Origin: Vulcanimicrobiota bacterium
GTDB taxonomy: Bacteria; Vulcanimicrobiota; Xenobia; Xenobiales; JADMJV01
Direction: 5' to 3'
Assembly (NCBI GenBank): GCA_050250895.1
Contig: JBFWNU010000009.1
Location: forward strand, 38,388 to 102,387
Length of the DNA: 64,000 nucleotides
Part shown: one piece after another, positions 17,429-27,114 of the stretch
How positions within the stretch are numbered: position 1 is the first letter of the stretch
How the letters are laid out: every line of letters starts with the position of its first letter
Made by a program: the position numbers and the translations under genes
The notes under the pieces: generated by a model
Told to the model about the DNA's origin: nothing
Database searches by the model: none
Seen by the model: only the letters and a program-made list of their open reading frames with translations

Positions 17429-18955
17429 TCAGGAAGCGACGATCGAGGTGTTGCCCACCCAGAGCAGTTCATCGTCGACCTCGAGCGTGGGGGCGGCCGG
17501 CCCCAGTAGCGGGGTGACCTGACCCGACGCGACCCGACCCCCAGCCCTGGCCACGAACGCCTCGACCGCTGCCGAGGGGTTGGGATGAGCGGCCAGTTGG
17601 GTCAGATAGAGGCCAGCCAGACCGATCTGATCGGCCAGCACCGAGGCCCGGGCCAGCTTGAGCAGGTCCTCGGGCTCGACAGCAGGCGTGCCCAGCCAGT
17701 CGCGATAGAGTCCCGTGGCCAGATGGCGTTGGTCCTGGGGTAGGCTGGCCAGCAGCTCTTCCAGGCAGTGGCCGCGGGGCTCGTCGATGCGGGTCAAGGC
17801 CGTCGCCTCGCCGGCCAACTCGAGCGAGCCGCCCAGCTCATACAGGCGATCGAACCGCGGGTCGGGGGTGGCCTGAGGGGAAAGGCTGGCCAGCAATTGC
17901 GAAGCTCGCGATAGATCGCCGAGGTGGGGTTTGACCACTGCCAAGCGCCGAGCCAGATCGGGCAAGCTATGGCTGGCCAGCGCGATTTGGCGGGCGAGAG
18001 CGCTGGCTTCCTCGGCCGCCTTCGGGCTCTGCAATTCGCAGCGCCTGCGATAGATGCTGGCAAAGACCTCGATCTGGGGGGCCGGCGGCTTGTGGGGCAC
18101 CAGGGCTCGGCTGGCCGCGCATTCTCGGGCCGGATCAGGCTTGAGATCGCCCAGAAACCGGCGATAGCTGGCGCTGAACTGGTCATAGTAGCCGCCCATG
18201 TCAGGTAGCTCGGCCAGGCGCTCACGATCGAGCCAGAGGACCGGTTGCTCCGGGCGAGCACAGGGCGTCTCGAAGCGGTCGCTCCAATAGCCGGCTTCAA
18301 GCCACTGCATCGAGGGTCCGGCCGGGTGGTTGCGATAGGGGAAATCGTCGATGCGATGGGGATTCCAGGGGGGAATCACGGCCAGGCCGGCCTGCTGGCG
18401 TCGGGCCAGGGTGGCGGCCCGCTCGGGATGAGTGAAGGGATAGGGGCGTCCGCTGCCCTCGAGAAAATCTTTGAGCAACAGGCTCTCGCCCCGCGACTGG
18501 GGGTCGTGGGTGTAGGGCTCGTCTTTCATTCCGCGAAAGACGTAGAGGTAATTGGCCAGGCCGCGCTCGAGCTGGCCGCCCGCTTTTAGCGAGGCGACGG
18601 CGGCCACTACCGGGTCGTCCTGACGGGTGAGGTAGTGGTGGACTCGAGCCGGGTCCTCCAGACTGGTCATGGTGCCGCTGTCGCCATTGGCCAGCTTGAG
18701 TCCAACCCGCTCACCGTCGGCCAGCCACTGGTGGGCTTTCTCGGCGGTCAGTTCGACGGCCGCCACGCGAGGGTGACTCTGACCCCAGAACTGGCCGCCC
18801 TCGGCGGCGAAGCGAGCCAGCCAGCGGCCGGCCGAGGCGGTGGAGGGCGCCTCGCTAGCCGGGGCAACCGACAACGAAACCCGATCGAGGGCCTCACTGT
18901 TGGCTCGCCGCCCGGGCAGCCGCGTGGGGGTGACTCTGTGGACAGACTGGATCAC
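17429..18955 (-). CDS. Hypothetical protein
   Basis: 508-aa ORF filling the space between co-oriented genes; no recognised domain. Confidence 0.65.
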   Translation of the reverse strand: MIQSVHRVTPTRLPGRRANSEALDRVSLSVAPASEAPSTASAGRWLARFAAEGGQFWGQSHPRVAAVELTAEKAHQWLADGERVGLKLANGDSGTMTSLEDPARVHHYLTRQDDPVVAAVASLKAGGQLERGLANYLYVFRGMKDEPYTHDPQSRGESLLLKDFLEGSGRPYPFTHPERAATLARRQQAGLAVIPPWNPHRIDDFPYRNHPAGPSMQWLEAGYWSDRFETPCARPEQPVLWLDRERLAELPDMGGYYDQFSASYRRFLGDLKPDPARECAASRALVPHKPPAPQIEVFASIYRRRCELQSPKAAEEASALARQIALASHSLPDLARRLAVVKPHLGDLSRASQLLASLSPQATPDPRFDRLYELGGSLELAGEATALTRIDEPRGHCLEELLASLPQDQRHLATGLYRDWLGTPAVEPEDLLKLARASVLADQIGLAGLYLTQLAAHPNPSAAVEAFVARAGGRVASGQVTPLLGPAAPTLEVDDELLWVGNTSIVAS

Positions 18956-18979
18956 GTTATCCAGTCTGGGGCTAGAGCG

Positions 18980-20020
18980 TCAAGAAAGCGTCAAGCGCAA
19001 GCGGCAGGTCTCGAGAAAGTCGAGCACCTGGGGGTGGATGCGGTTGGGCGGATCGGGCTCGACCGGCTCGCCCATCCAGGCCTCGAGGGTGGCCACCACC
19101 GACTGGGCCAGAGCGGCCGTGTTATAGCCGCCTTCGAGCAGACCCACGAGCTTGCCCTGGGCGGGCACGGCCAGGCTGTCATGGAGGATGCGTTGGGCCA
19201 ATTGGCGGAAGCCCTCGGTGGTCAGCCGCATGCCTCCCAGGGGGTCGCGCCCGTGGGCGTCGTAGCCGGCCGAAACCAGGATCAGGTCGGGTTGATAGGC
19301 GCGAATGGCCGGACTGACCATGAGGTCATAGGCGTGCAGATACTCGGCGTCGGCACAGCCGGCCGGCAGGGGCAGATTGTAGTTGAGCCCCTCGCCGGGG
19401 CCGGCGCCCCGTTCTTCGATAGCCCCGGTGCCGGGATAGAACGGGCTTTGATGAAAGGAGAAGAAACAGGTGTCTGGGTCTTCATAGAGGCAGTCCTGGG
19501 TGCCGTTGCCATGGTGGACGTCCCAGTCGAAGATGAAGATGCGCGGGGCCAGGTCGCGACAGGCTCGCGCCACCAGCGCGATGTTGCTAAACAGGCAAAA
19601 GCCCATCGATTGGCGAGGAGTGGCGTGATGGCCGGGGGGGCGAAGACAGGCAAAGCCGCGGTCGAGTTCGCCTTTGGCCACGGCCCGGGCCAGGTCGATG
19701 GCCCCGCCCAGACCTTCGCGGGCCACCTCGACCGATTGGGGCGACACCATCGTGTCGGGGTCGAGCCAGCCGCCGCCAGCGGCTGCCGTCTGCTCGGCCT
19801 TCTCCAGCACCGAGGGGTGATGCAGACTGAGGATCTCGTCGTCGGTGGCCCGGCGTAGCGGCCTCTGCTCGACCGCTAGAGCGGCCGACGCGAGGGCCTC
19901 GAGAAGGGCCTGATTCCGTCGCGGACTCTCGACATGGTCGGCCGTGTCGTGTTCGCCAAAGCGAGCTGAAGCCAGCAGGCCAAACTTCAAGCCGCGCAAC
20001 CTTTGACCTGAGCTGACCAC
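18980..20020 (-). CDS. Histone deacetylase family (class II-like) amidohydrolase
   Basis: RPPGHHA, GFCLFSN, DWDVHHGNGTQ, SAGYDAH and LEGGY motifs. Confidence 0.95.
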   Translation of the reverse strand: MVSSGQRLRGLKFGLLASARFGEHDTADHVESPRRNQALLEALASAALAVEQRPLRRATDDEILSLHHPSVLEKAEQTAAAGGGWLDPDTMVSPQSVEVAREGLGGAIDLARAVAKGELDRGFACLRPPGHHATPRQSMGFCLFSNIALVARACRDLAPRIFIFDWDVHHGNGTQDCLYEDPDTCFFSFHQSPFYPGTGAIEERGAGPGEGLNYNLPLPAGCADAEYLHAYDLMVSPAIRAYQPDLILVSAGYDAHGRDPLGGMRLTTEGFRQLAQRILHDSLAVPAQGKLVGLLEGGYNTAALAQSVVATLEAWMGEPVEPDPPNRIHPQVLDFLETCRLRLTLS

Positions 20021-20463
20021 AGGTCCAGCCCCGACCGAACCACTTCTTGCAGCTTCTCGAGTTCGCTGCTGGTGAACTCGGCCTCAGAAGCCACCACTCC
20101 CTCGAACCCACAAGCCCAGAACAGTTCTTCGTGCAGGTCGAGATACGAATCGTCATAGCCGATAAACTCGAGGTCGAGGGACCGGCAGGCGTCACCGAAG
20201 AGGTTCCAGGCTCGATAGAGCAGAGGACAGTCGAGGGGTTCGGGCTTTTCGCAAAACCGGGCCAGCGCGTCGAGGTCGAGGGGCTCGAGGTCATCACCCA
20301 GGGCCCAGCCCCGCGACCCGGCGAAGGTCTCGGCCTGCTCGCGGGCGGGAAAGGTTTTCAGTTGCTTCTTCCGGTCGACCACCACTCCGTCGAAATCGTT
20401 GGTGTAGTGAATGAGGAAGGCCTCGATGCTACCAACCACGACCGGCAACAAACGATAGTCCAT
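19987..20463 (-). CDS. Hypothetical protein
   Basis: Acidic 158-aa ORF overlapping the deacetylase start. Confidence 0.65.
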   Translation of the reverse strand: MDYRLLPVVVGSIEAFLIHYTNDFDGVVVDRKKQLKTFPAREQAETFAGSRGWALGDDLEPLDLDALARFCEKPEPLDCPLLYRAWNLFGDACRSLDLEFIGYDDSYLDLHEELFWACGFEGVVASEAEFTSSELEKLQEVVRSGLDLWSAQVKGCAA

Positions 20464-20560
20464 GCCGGGCCATTCTCAAATCGAAGGCTCAACGCCTGCC
20501 TGGGAGCCTTGGAGGGGATCGAGAAAGGGTCTGAGAAACTCGCCAACCGAGGCGAGGTTC

Positions 20561-20986
20561 ATGACAACAATGCGTAACAATCGAATTCTACTCTGTCTGT
20601 TGGCGGTGCTCTGGCTGGCTCTGCCGGCCCTGGCTCAAGACAAGCAGCCGCAAAAAGTCAAGACCATGGTCGACTTCAAGAAAGAGCTGAACCTGAGCGA
20701 CCAGCAGATCGCCAACATTACCAGCACTCTCAAGAACTTCCAAGAAAACGTGGTGGCTCAGAAGAAAGTCCTGGTAGCCCAGGAGACCGACCTGAGAAAG
20801 CTGCTGGCCGACCACGCCAGTCTCGCCGACATCAAGAAGAAACTGCACGAGATCGAGGGCACCCGTTTCGAGTTGCGCTACCTCGATGTGGTCACCTCGC
20901 GCCAGGTCGAAGACATTCTCTCAGCCGAGCAGCTGACCGCCTGGCGCCAGATCCAGACTAAGCTCAGAGCCGAAGCCAAGAAATAA
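20561..20986 (+). CDS. Spy/CpxP-like periplasmic protein
   Basis: Signal peptide; LNLSDQQ and ILSAEQ (LTxxQ-like) motifs. Confidence 0.75.
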   Translation: MTTMRNNRILLCLLAVLWLALPALAQDKQPQKVKTMVDFKKELNLSDQQIANITSTLKNFQENVVAQKKVLVAQETDLRKLLADHASLADIKKKLHEIEGTRFELRYLDVVTSRQVEDILSAEQLTAWRQIQTKLRAEAKK

Positions 20987-20990
20987 ACTC

Positions 20991-21428
20991 TCAGAAACCG
21001 GCCAGCCGCAGGCTCCAGACCAGGAGCACGCCGGTGATGGTATTGCCCGAGGCGAACACCAAAAAACGCCAGGGCTGCAGGCTCTTGACCAGGCAAAAGG
21101 TGTGCAGGCTGCGGCACAGGCAATAGCCGATCAAGAGCCAGCGAAAAGCCTCGAGGGGAACGCCCGACAGCAGCGCGCAGACGGCCGCCACCAGGAAGAT
21201 CGGGATGTTCTCGACATCGTTGCGCCAGGCCGCCGTGGCTCGGTAGTGCAGGTCTTCGTAGTGGGATCGCTCCTGGTCCTTGGGACCGCCGAAGAACGCC
21301 TGGTCCTCAGGGTAGACGAAGCCCACGCCCTTGGCCCTGGCATAGCCCTGCAAGACCGAATTGACCTGCATCTTGAGAAACAGGAAGGCGGCCGCCGCCG
21401 AAAGGATGCAAACAGCTTCTGGATTCAT
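20991..21428 (-). CDS. MAPEG family membrane protein
   Basis: R...AWRNDVENIPIF and CRSLHT motifs as in microsomal GST/PGES-like proteins. Confidence 0.88.
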   Translation of the reverse strand: MNPEAVCILSAAAAFLFLKMQVNSVLQGYARAKGVGFVYPEDQAFFGGPKDQERSHYEDLHYRATAAWRNDVENIPIFLVAAVCALLSGVPLEAFRWLLIGYCLCRSLHTFCLVKSLQPWRFLVFASGNTITGVLLVWSLRLAGF

Positions 21429-21436
21429 CGCTAGCC

Positions 21437-22324
21437 TCAGATCTCGGTGTGAGTGAGGGCGTACTCAAACACTTCGTCCGGGCCGACTTCTCGCTCGAGC
21501 TCGAGAAAGCGGTTGAGTCCGTCCACATAGTCGCTGTCCTTCTTGGTCAGCATCGCCTTCACCTCGAGTCGGCGACCCTGTCCCTCGGCCACATGATAAG
21601 CGACCCATTCGGCAAAGCCTTCTTGCATGCGCCGGCTCACCCGGTCGTATTGGGGGTGGCTCTGGCTGTGCCACATGTGGGCATACTCGTGGGCCGCCAC
21701 GGTCAGCAGTCGCTGGCGGGGTAGGCCCGAGAGCAAGAACACGGTGGCAGCTTCCACCTGCCGTTGCCGGGTGGGAATCCTGGTCAGCCCCAGAGGAGCG
21801 CGCCCATCCCTGGTCGGACCGCCGGCCAGTTTGATCATCTCGCGACCATCCACCAGCCTCACCTCGGCCGGGGGCAGCCGCACGTCCAGGCGTTGGCCGA
21901 ACGTCTCTAGCACCTCTTCCGAGGCCTGGCGAAAGATCCGGCTGGCCTCGCTCTGGTCATAGATCCCGGCCCGATGTTCCCGGCAGAAGTAGCGGCCGTC
22001 AGGCAGACTCTTGCCCTTGCGGTCCACCGGCAACCCGCATACGTCACAGTGGGGATAGAGGGCGTAGCAACTCTCGCAGACGGGCACCTCCTCGGGGCCG
22101 ACCACTCGATAGTCTCCCGGGATCGGCCGGTGGCAGGCGAAGCAGTGGGGCAGGGCCTGCTCAAGATGGTCCTTACAGACCGCCGAGCCGTCGCGCAGGC
22201 GATAACCGTTGGTGACCGGCTCTCCGCAGACCTTACAGCGCGGGGCCGTCCCCGTTTGCGCTAGAGTCGGGGTCAGCAACCCCAGCACGACCAGCACCCA
22301 AAGCCAGCCCCTCGTGGCACCCAT
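21437..22324 (-). CDS. Secreted LIM-like zinc-finger + DA1-like HExxH metallopeptidase
   Basis: Signal peptide, repeated CxxC..CxxH knuckles, GLPR..L.TVAAHEYAHMW...EGFAEW. Confidence 0.8.
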   Translation of the reverse strand: MGATRGWLWVLVVLGLLTPTLAQTGTAPRCKVCGEPVTNGYRLRDGSAVCKDHLEQALPHCFACHRPIPGDYRVVGPEEVPVCESCYALYPHCDVCGLPVDRKGKSLPDGRYFCREHRAGIYDQSEASRIFRQASEEVLETFGQRLDVRLPPAEVRLVDGREMIKLAGGPTRDGRAPLGLTRIPTRQRQVEAATVFLLSGLPRQRLLTVAAHEYAHMWHSQSHPQYDRVSRRMQEGFAEWVAYHVAEGQGRRLEVKAMLTKKDSDYVDGLNRFLELEREVGPDEVFEYALTHTEI

Positions 22325-22416
22325 GACTCCATGACTATACCACAGACGGCCGATTATGTTCCGGTGCGCAAAGTTTACAACCGGTCAGCCACGACCGGGG
22401 CGGGATCGGCAAGGGT

Positions 22417-23457
22417 GTGGGGGTGAATACGCTCCATCTACACCTGCCCACCCAGGGCACGACCCGCGGACGGGAACTGGCCCAGAGCCTGCTCATCGAG
22501 AGCGGCCTGGCGACCGAGGCCAAAGCCCAGCTCATCGAGGATTTGGCCGCCGTGCCCGAACCGTGGCTGGAACGGCTGAGCCAGGCCGATGTGGATGTCG
22601 TGGTGTTGGCGAGCGAGCAGACCCTGGCCGACACGGGGATGCTGCTTAAATACGAGCCTGAAGAGCTAAGAGCAGGAGTGGAGAAGGCCCGCCCGCTGAT
22701 CCGGCAGGCCATCGAGCAGGCCGCTCCCGACCTGGAGACGGCCGATCCCGGCTATGCAGCCTATCTGCGCCACTGGGCCGCCAGGGAGATGGCCGAGAAT
22801 CTGTCCGGTTCGCTGGTGGGGGCCGGTCTGGGTTTCCTGGTGCGGCAGACCTCTGACCCCGTGAGCTGGCAGTTTCTGGCCGAGGAGGCTGGAGTCGAAG
22901 GTGAAGAGCGCGACCGTTTCGAGCAACTCACCCGCGAACTCAATGGGGACCTGGTCAAATTCGAAGGCGACCAACTGCAGCCCGAGTGGGGAGTGGTGCT
23001 GGTCCCCTATCACCTGCGCCAGGGCCAGAGAGTTTCACCGGTCAACAAAGCCAGCCTCGAGACCCAGAAGGGGTTCGAACTCTTCGCCAGCAAGGGCGCC
23101 CACATCTGGGAGAATAAGCTGATCATGCTGCATGACTCGGTCGTCGCCGATCCTTCGTTGACGGCCGGCAATCACCGGGTGGCCCTCCATGAAATCGGCC
23201 ACGCCATCGACCATCTAGCCGAAGAACTCTACCCCGCTCATCGCCCAACGATGGACGCCCTCTATCAGGCCGACTTGAAAAACTCCAATTTTTTGACCTC
23301 CCGCGCGGCCGACAATCCGGGCGAATACCTGGCCGAAGCGGTGGAGGCCTACCTGACTCAGCCGGGCCAGGGCTATAAAGCCGAGAACCACCACGACGCC
23401 CTCAAGCAACACAACCCTGAGCTGTTCGCCTATGTCGACGAGCTTTTGCGCCGCTGA
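22417..23457 (+). CDS. Anthrax-LF/ATLF-like zinc metallopeptidase
   Basis: HEIGHAID followed by RAADNPGEYLAEAVEAY and LKQHNPELFAYV. Confidence 0.75.
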   Translation: MGVNTLHLHLPTQGTTRGRELAQSLLIESGLATEAKAQLIEDLAAVPEPWLERLSQADVDVVVLASEQTLADTGMLLKYEPEELRAGVEKARPLIRQAIEQAAPDLETADPGYAAYLRHWAAREMAENLSGSLVGAGLGFLVRQTSDPVSWQFLAEEAGVEGEERDRFEQLTRELNGDLVKFEGDQLQPEWGVVLVPYHLRQGQRVSPVNKASLETQKGFELFASKGAHIWENKLIMLHDSVVADPSLTAGNHRVALHEIGHAIDHLAEELYPAHRPTMDALYQADLKNSNFLTSRAADNPGEYLAEAVEAYLTQPGQGYKAENHHDALKQHNPELFAYVDELLRR

Positions 23458-24509
23458 CCCCGATACCACAGGATGAAACCGGTCACCGGCAAGCTGGCTC
23501 CGATCAGGGCCACCACCAACCACAGCAGCTGATGTAGCAGACCAAAAGCCATCCCCGTATGCAAGGCGAAGTTCCAGGTGCGCAGATAGCTATCCACCCC
23601 GGTTCGCTCGAGCGCGTTCTCTGAGGCCAGCACCTGCCCCGAGAACTGGTCCACATAGACGAAGCTGCGAGGCACCGGGCCGGGTTGCCCCGGGTGGCGC
23701 AGAGCCACCTGAAAGGTATCGGCCGGCTTGCGCGGCAGATTGACGGCCAGTACTTGAGCCTGGGGAAACACCGCCTGGGCCTGGGCGATGGCCTGGTCCA
23801 GACGAATCGGCTCGGACCCCGGTCCGCTCGCCGGTCTTGGGGCCGGCTGACGGCCGGCCAGCCGATAGAGCCAGTGCTCGAGGCGGTCCTCCAAGGGCGA
23901 CATCAGCAGGCCGCTGCAGCCCAGGAACGTTACAAACAGCAGCCCATAGACTCCCAGCGTGCGGTGCAGGTCGTAGAGCAGGCGAGATCGGGTCTTGCGC
24001 GAGATGGTAATGGCTTGCTTCCAGTCCCGCCACTTGCGAGGCAAGGCCAGTAACAATCCGCTCCATTGACTGGTTAAAAACAGCAAAGCCCCCAGGGTCG
24101 TGATATAGCGCCCTGTCTCACCCAACAGGAGGCGACGATGAAAGTTGATCAGGCCCGAAACCAATTCAGACCCCTCCCCCACCGACCGCCCCGTGGCTGC
24201 GTCGACGTAGAGATGGCGGCGGTTGGTCCCCTGTTGCAGGCGAACCTTGAAGTTCTGGCCGGGGTGCTCGGGCAGATAGAACCTGGTCGGCAGTTCACCC
24301 TCCCGCAGCTGGCTGCAGGCTCCGTCGAGGGCGAGCTGAGGAGTCACCGACACCTCGGCGCTGGCCCGGCGCAAGTCCCGGTCGAGCCACTCCTCGAGCT
24401 GCATGTGGAAGGCCAGCAGCACCCCCGAGGTGCAGACCAGCAGGATAATCAGCCCCCCCGCCAGGCCGAGCCAGCGATGGACGACCCTGCAATAGGCTTT
24501 GAACTTCAC
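23430..24509 (-). CDS. PepSY-associated TM helix protein
   Basis: HRWLGL, FHRRLL, LYDLHRTLG, LHTG and TGFILW motifs; start trimmed to GTG 24509. Confidence 0.9.
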   Translation of the reverse strand: MKFKAYCRVVHRWLGLAGGLIILLVCTSGVLLAFHMQLEEWLDRDLRRASAEVSVTPQLALDGACSQLREGELPTRFYLPEHPGQNFKVRLQQGTNRRHLYVDAATGRSVGEGSELVSGLINFHRRLLLGETGRYITTLGALLFLTSQWSGLLLALPRKWRDWKQAITISRKTRSRLLYDLHRTLGVYGLLFVTFLGCSGLLMSPLEDRLEHWLYRLAGRQPAPRPASGPGSEPIRLDQAIAQAQAVFPQAQVLAVNLPRKPADTFQVALRHPGQPGPVPRSFVYVDQFSGQVLASENALERTGVDSYLRTWNFALHTGMAFGLLHQLLWLVVALIGASLPVTGFILWYRGQRRKSSST

Positions 24510-24581
24510 GGCCCGGCCGTTCGGCGTCGGAACCTTGGCGCCTTCCAGGACTGGTCGCCGTTCGTTGCGAAAATTCCTCAA

Positions 24582-25421
24582 ATGAAGCGCCTGGCTGCCA
24601 CATTGCTGCTCTGGCTGGTCCTGCTGGTGCCGGCTCTGGCCGAAGATTCGCCCTACGTGCGAGTGGTGCGCGACCCTCGCGGTAACGCCCGCAGCCTGCA
24701 GACCTCGATCACCAGCATGGTCGATCCGCAAGGCCGCCAGCTCGATCTGGTGGCCACCACCCACCTGGCCGAACGCGGCTACTACGAACGCCTAAACCGC
24801 CAGTTCCAGGCTTACGACGCGGTGCTCTACGAACTGATCAGCGACACGCCTCAACAAGACCTCCCAGCTCACCTGTCCGAAACGGCCAGCGACCCTCTCT
24901 CGGCTACCCAGCAGGGCCTGGCCAATCTCTTAGGCTTGGACTTTCAACTCCGGCACATCGACTACACGGCCCCCAACTTCGTGCACGCCGACCTGACTTT
25001 CAGCGAATTTCAACAGGCCATGGTGGCCGGCAACGAATCGGTGGCCACCATTCTGGCCCGGCTGATTAACTCCAGCGTCAACGAGGTGGAAGACCCAAAG
25101 GAACTCGAAGCCCTTTCGCAGATCAATCTCTTGAAAATCCTGACCGTCGGTCCCTCGGCCGCCGACCAGCGGCTGCTGCGTCAGGCTCTGGCTTCGACTT
25201 TCGCCCAGATGGACCGCACCATCAGCGCATTGGGGGGCACGGCCCTGCTCGACGGCCGCAACCAGCGAGCCCTCGAGGTACTCGACCGGCGTCTCGAGGC
25301 GGGCGATCGCAAGCTGGCCCTGTTCTATGGCGCCGCTCACATGCCCGACCTCGAATCGCGCCTGCACCAGGCCGGCTGGAAAACCGGCCGACGCAGCTGG
25401 CTGACCGCCTGGAACCTATAG
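24582..25421 (+). CDS. Secreted hypothetical protein (TraB/GumN-like)
   Basis: Signal peptide; HLAE..YY, VLYE, RN..A and FYGAAHMPD motifs. Confidence 0.7.
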   Translation: MKRLAATLLLWLVLLVPALAEDSPYVRVVRDPRGNARSLQTSITSMVDPQGRQLDLVATTHLAERGYYERLNRQFQAYDAVLYELISDTPQQDLPAHLSETASDPLSATQQGLANLLGLDFQLRHIDYTAPNFVHADLTFSEFQQAMVAGNESVATILARLINSSVNEVEDPKELEALSQINLLKILTVGPSAADQRLLRQALASTFAQMDRTISALGGTALLDGRNQRALEVLDRRLEAGDRKLALFYGAAHMPDLESRLHQAGWKTGRRSWLTAWNL

Positions 25422-26054
25422 CTCGAAGCGGTAGATGCGAGCCAGGTCGTCGACCCCTGCGATGTTGACGTCGAGGTCCTTGATCACGCCGTTGCCCAGG
25501 TCATAGACCCAGCCGTGGACATGCGGCAAGGGACCGTCCTGCCAGGCCTTCTGGATGGTCGACGTCTTACACACGTTAAGGACCTGCTCGATCACGTTGA
25601 ACTCGACGAAACGCCGACCTCGCTCGCGAGGGTCTTCGATGGCGTCGAGTTCGGCCGCGTGCAGGCGATAGACGTCCTTGATGTGGCGCAGCCAGTTATC
25701 GATGGCGCCGTGATAGCTGTTGCTCATGGCCGCCAGCACCCCGCCGCAGTTGTAATGACCACAGACGATGACATGCTCGACGTTAAGGACACTCACCGCG
25801 TATTCAAGCACGCTGAGACAGTTCATGTCGGTGTGCACTACCACGTTGGCCACGTTGCGGTGAACAAAGATCTCGCCCGGCAAGGTGTTGGTAATCTGAT
25901 TGGCCGGCACCCGGCTATCCGAGCATCCGATCCATAAAACTTTGGGCTTTTGGGTGTGCTCGAGCTTACCGAAGAAGTCGGGATCCGACGAGAGGGCCTC
26001 GGCCACGAAACGCTCATTGCCCTCAAGCAATTTTTTGTAAGTCCTGGTTGGCAT
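25416..26054 (-). CDS. can: Beta-class carbonic anhydrase
   Basis: GCSDSRVP, HRNVAN and CGHYNCGG zinc ligands. Confidence 0.95.
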   Translation of the reverse strand: MPTRTYKKLLEGNERFVAEALSSDPDFFGKLEHTQKPKVLWIGCSDSRVPANQITNTLPGEIFVHRNVANVVVHTDMNCLSVLEYAVSVLNVEHVIVCGHYNCGGVLAAMSNSYHGAIDNWLRHIKDVYRLHAAELDAIEDPRERGRRFVEFNVIEQVLNVCKTSTIQKAWQDGPLPHVHGWVYDLGNGVIKDLDVNIAGVDDLARIYRFEL

Positions 26055-26125
26055 AGCCGCCGATTCGCCCCCACCCGCAACCCTCCTGGTCCAGGGTTCT
26101 CGGATTTGGCAGAGAAACACACGGC

Positions 26126-26770
26126 ATGTCCAGAGTCCTGTATTACCTGATCGTGGTCCTGCTGGTGAGCGGCTGCTCGGGCGGCCAAAACTCGACCCCC
26201 ACGCCCGGGCCGGCAGAGCCGGCCTCACAGCCCGCCAACGCACCGGCCGAGGGCGAGGCCAAGCTCAGACTCGCCTCGGGCGATGGTAGCCCGCTCTATC
26301 GTTTCAAGCTCAAAGAGCCGCATGCCAAATACAAGTTCTACGACGCCCAGGACCAGGAATTGGCGACCCTCAAGGTCAGCGCCGACCGGGTCAAGGTCGA
26401 GAACAACGACGACAAAGAGCTCTACAAAATCAAGAAGAAAGACCACGGCATGGAGATCGAAGACGCCGCTGGCAAAAGGCTCTATCGTTTCGCCCAGGGC
26501 AAGTCAGGCTGGGAACTCAGCGATGAGCAAGAGGTAGTCTATCGAGTCGTGCAACAGGGCGAGAGCACCCAGCTTCAAAACGCCCAGGGTGTGCTGGTAG
26601 CCCAGGTCACCAGCCGCGACGGAGGCGTCGACTTCAAGGATCAAGCCGGCAACCTGCTCATGCGTTTCGAAGGCAGTTCAGATGCCGGGGCCTTGCTGTG
26701 GCTGAGCGCCGAGAACCTCGAGCCAGCCCTGCGCAGTGGTCTGGTGGTTTATTATCTGGAGGTGAACTAG
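26126..26770 (+). CDS. Hypothetical lipoprotein
   Basis: Lipobox LVSGC; beta-rich body. Confidence 0.8.
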   Translation: MSRVLYYLIVVLLVSGCSGGQNSTPTPGPAEPASQPANAPAEGEAKLRLASGDGSPLYRFKLKEPHAKYKFYDAQDQELATLKVSADRVKVENNDDKELYKIKKKDHGMEIEDAAGKRLYRFAQGKSGWELSDEQEVVYRVVQQGESTQLQNAQGVLVAQVTSRDGGVDFKDQAGNLLMRFEGSSDAGALLWLSAENLEPALRSGLVVYYLEVN

Positions 26771-27114
26771 TGGCCAAGTGCAGAGAAACCGCGGGTTTCC
26801 TTTTCGCCCATCCCTGCAGCAACAGCTCGACCGCCAGTTGCGTGGAGTGCTCCAAGCCCATTTGCGAGCAACACAAGCGGATCGCGCCCAACGGAACCGC
26901 TATGTGCCTGGGCTGCTACAAGAAGTCGGTGGCGCGCGAGCAGTGGCGCGAAGACCCGATGCTGTATTCCAGCTATCACTATGATGATTACGACGACTTG
27001 AGCGAATTCGACCGCTATAGTCTGGGAGATCGAGCCTCATTCGACGCCGCCGAAGGGGCGGCCTGGACCGAAGATTGGGGCAATGACTGGGAGGACGACT
27101 ACGACGGCAGTTGA
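26770..27114 (+). CDS. Small Cys/His zinc-finger protein with acidic aromatic tail
   Basis: GTG overlapping the upstream stop; C..C..CSKPICEQH...CLGC; tail DDYDDLSEFD...DWEDDYDGS. Confidence 0.7.
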   Translation: MAKCRETAGFLFAHPCSNSSTASCVECSKPICEQHKRIAPNGTAMCLGCYKKSVAREQWREDPMLYSSYHYDDYDDLSEFDRYSLGDRASFDAAEGAAWTEDWGNDWEDDYDGS

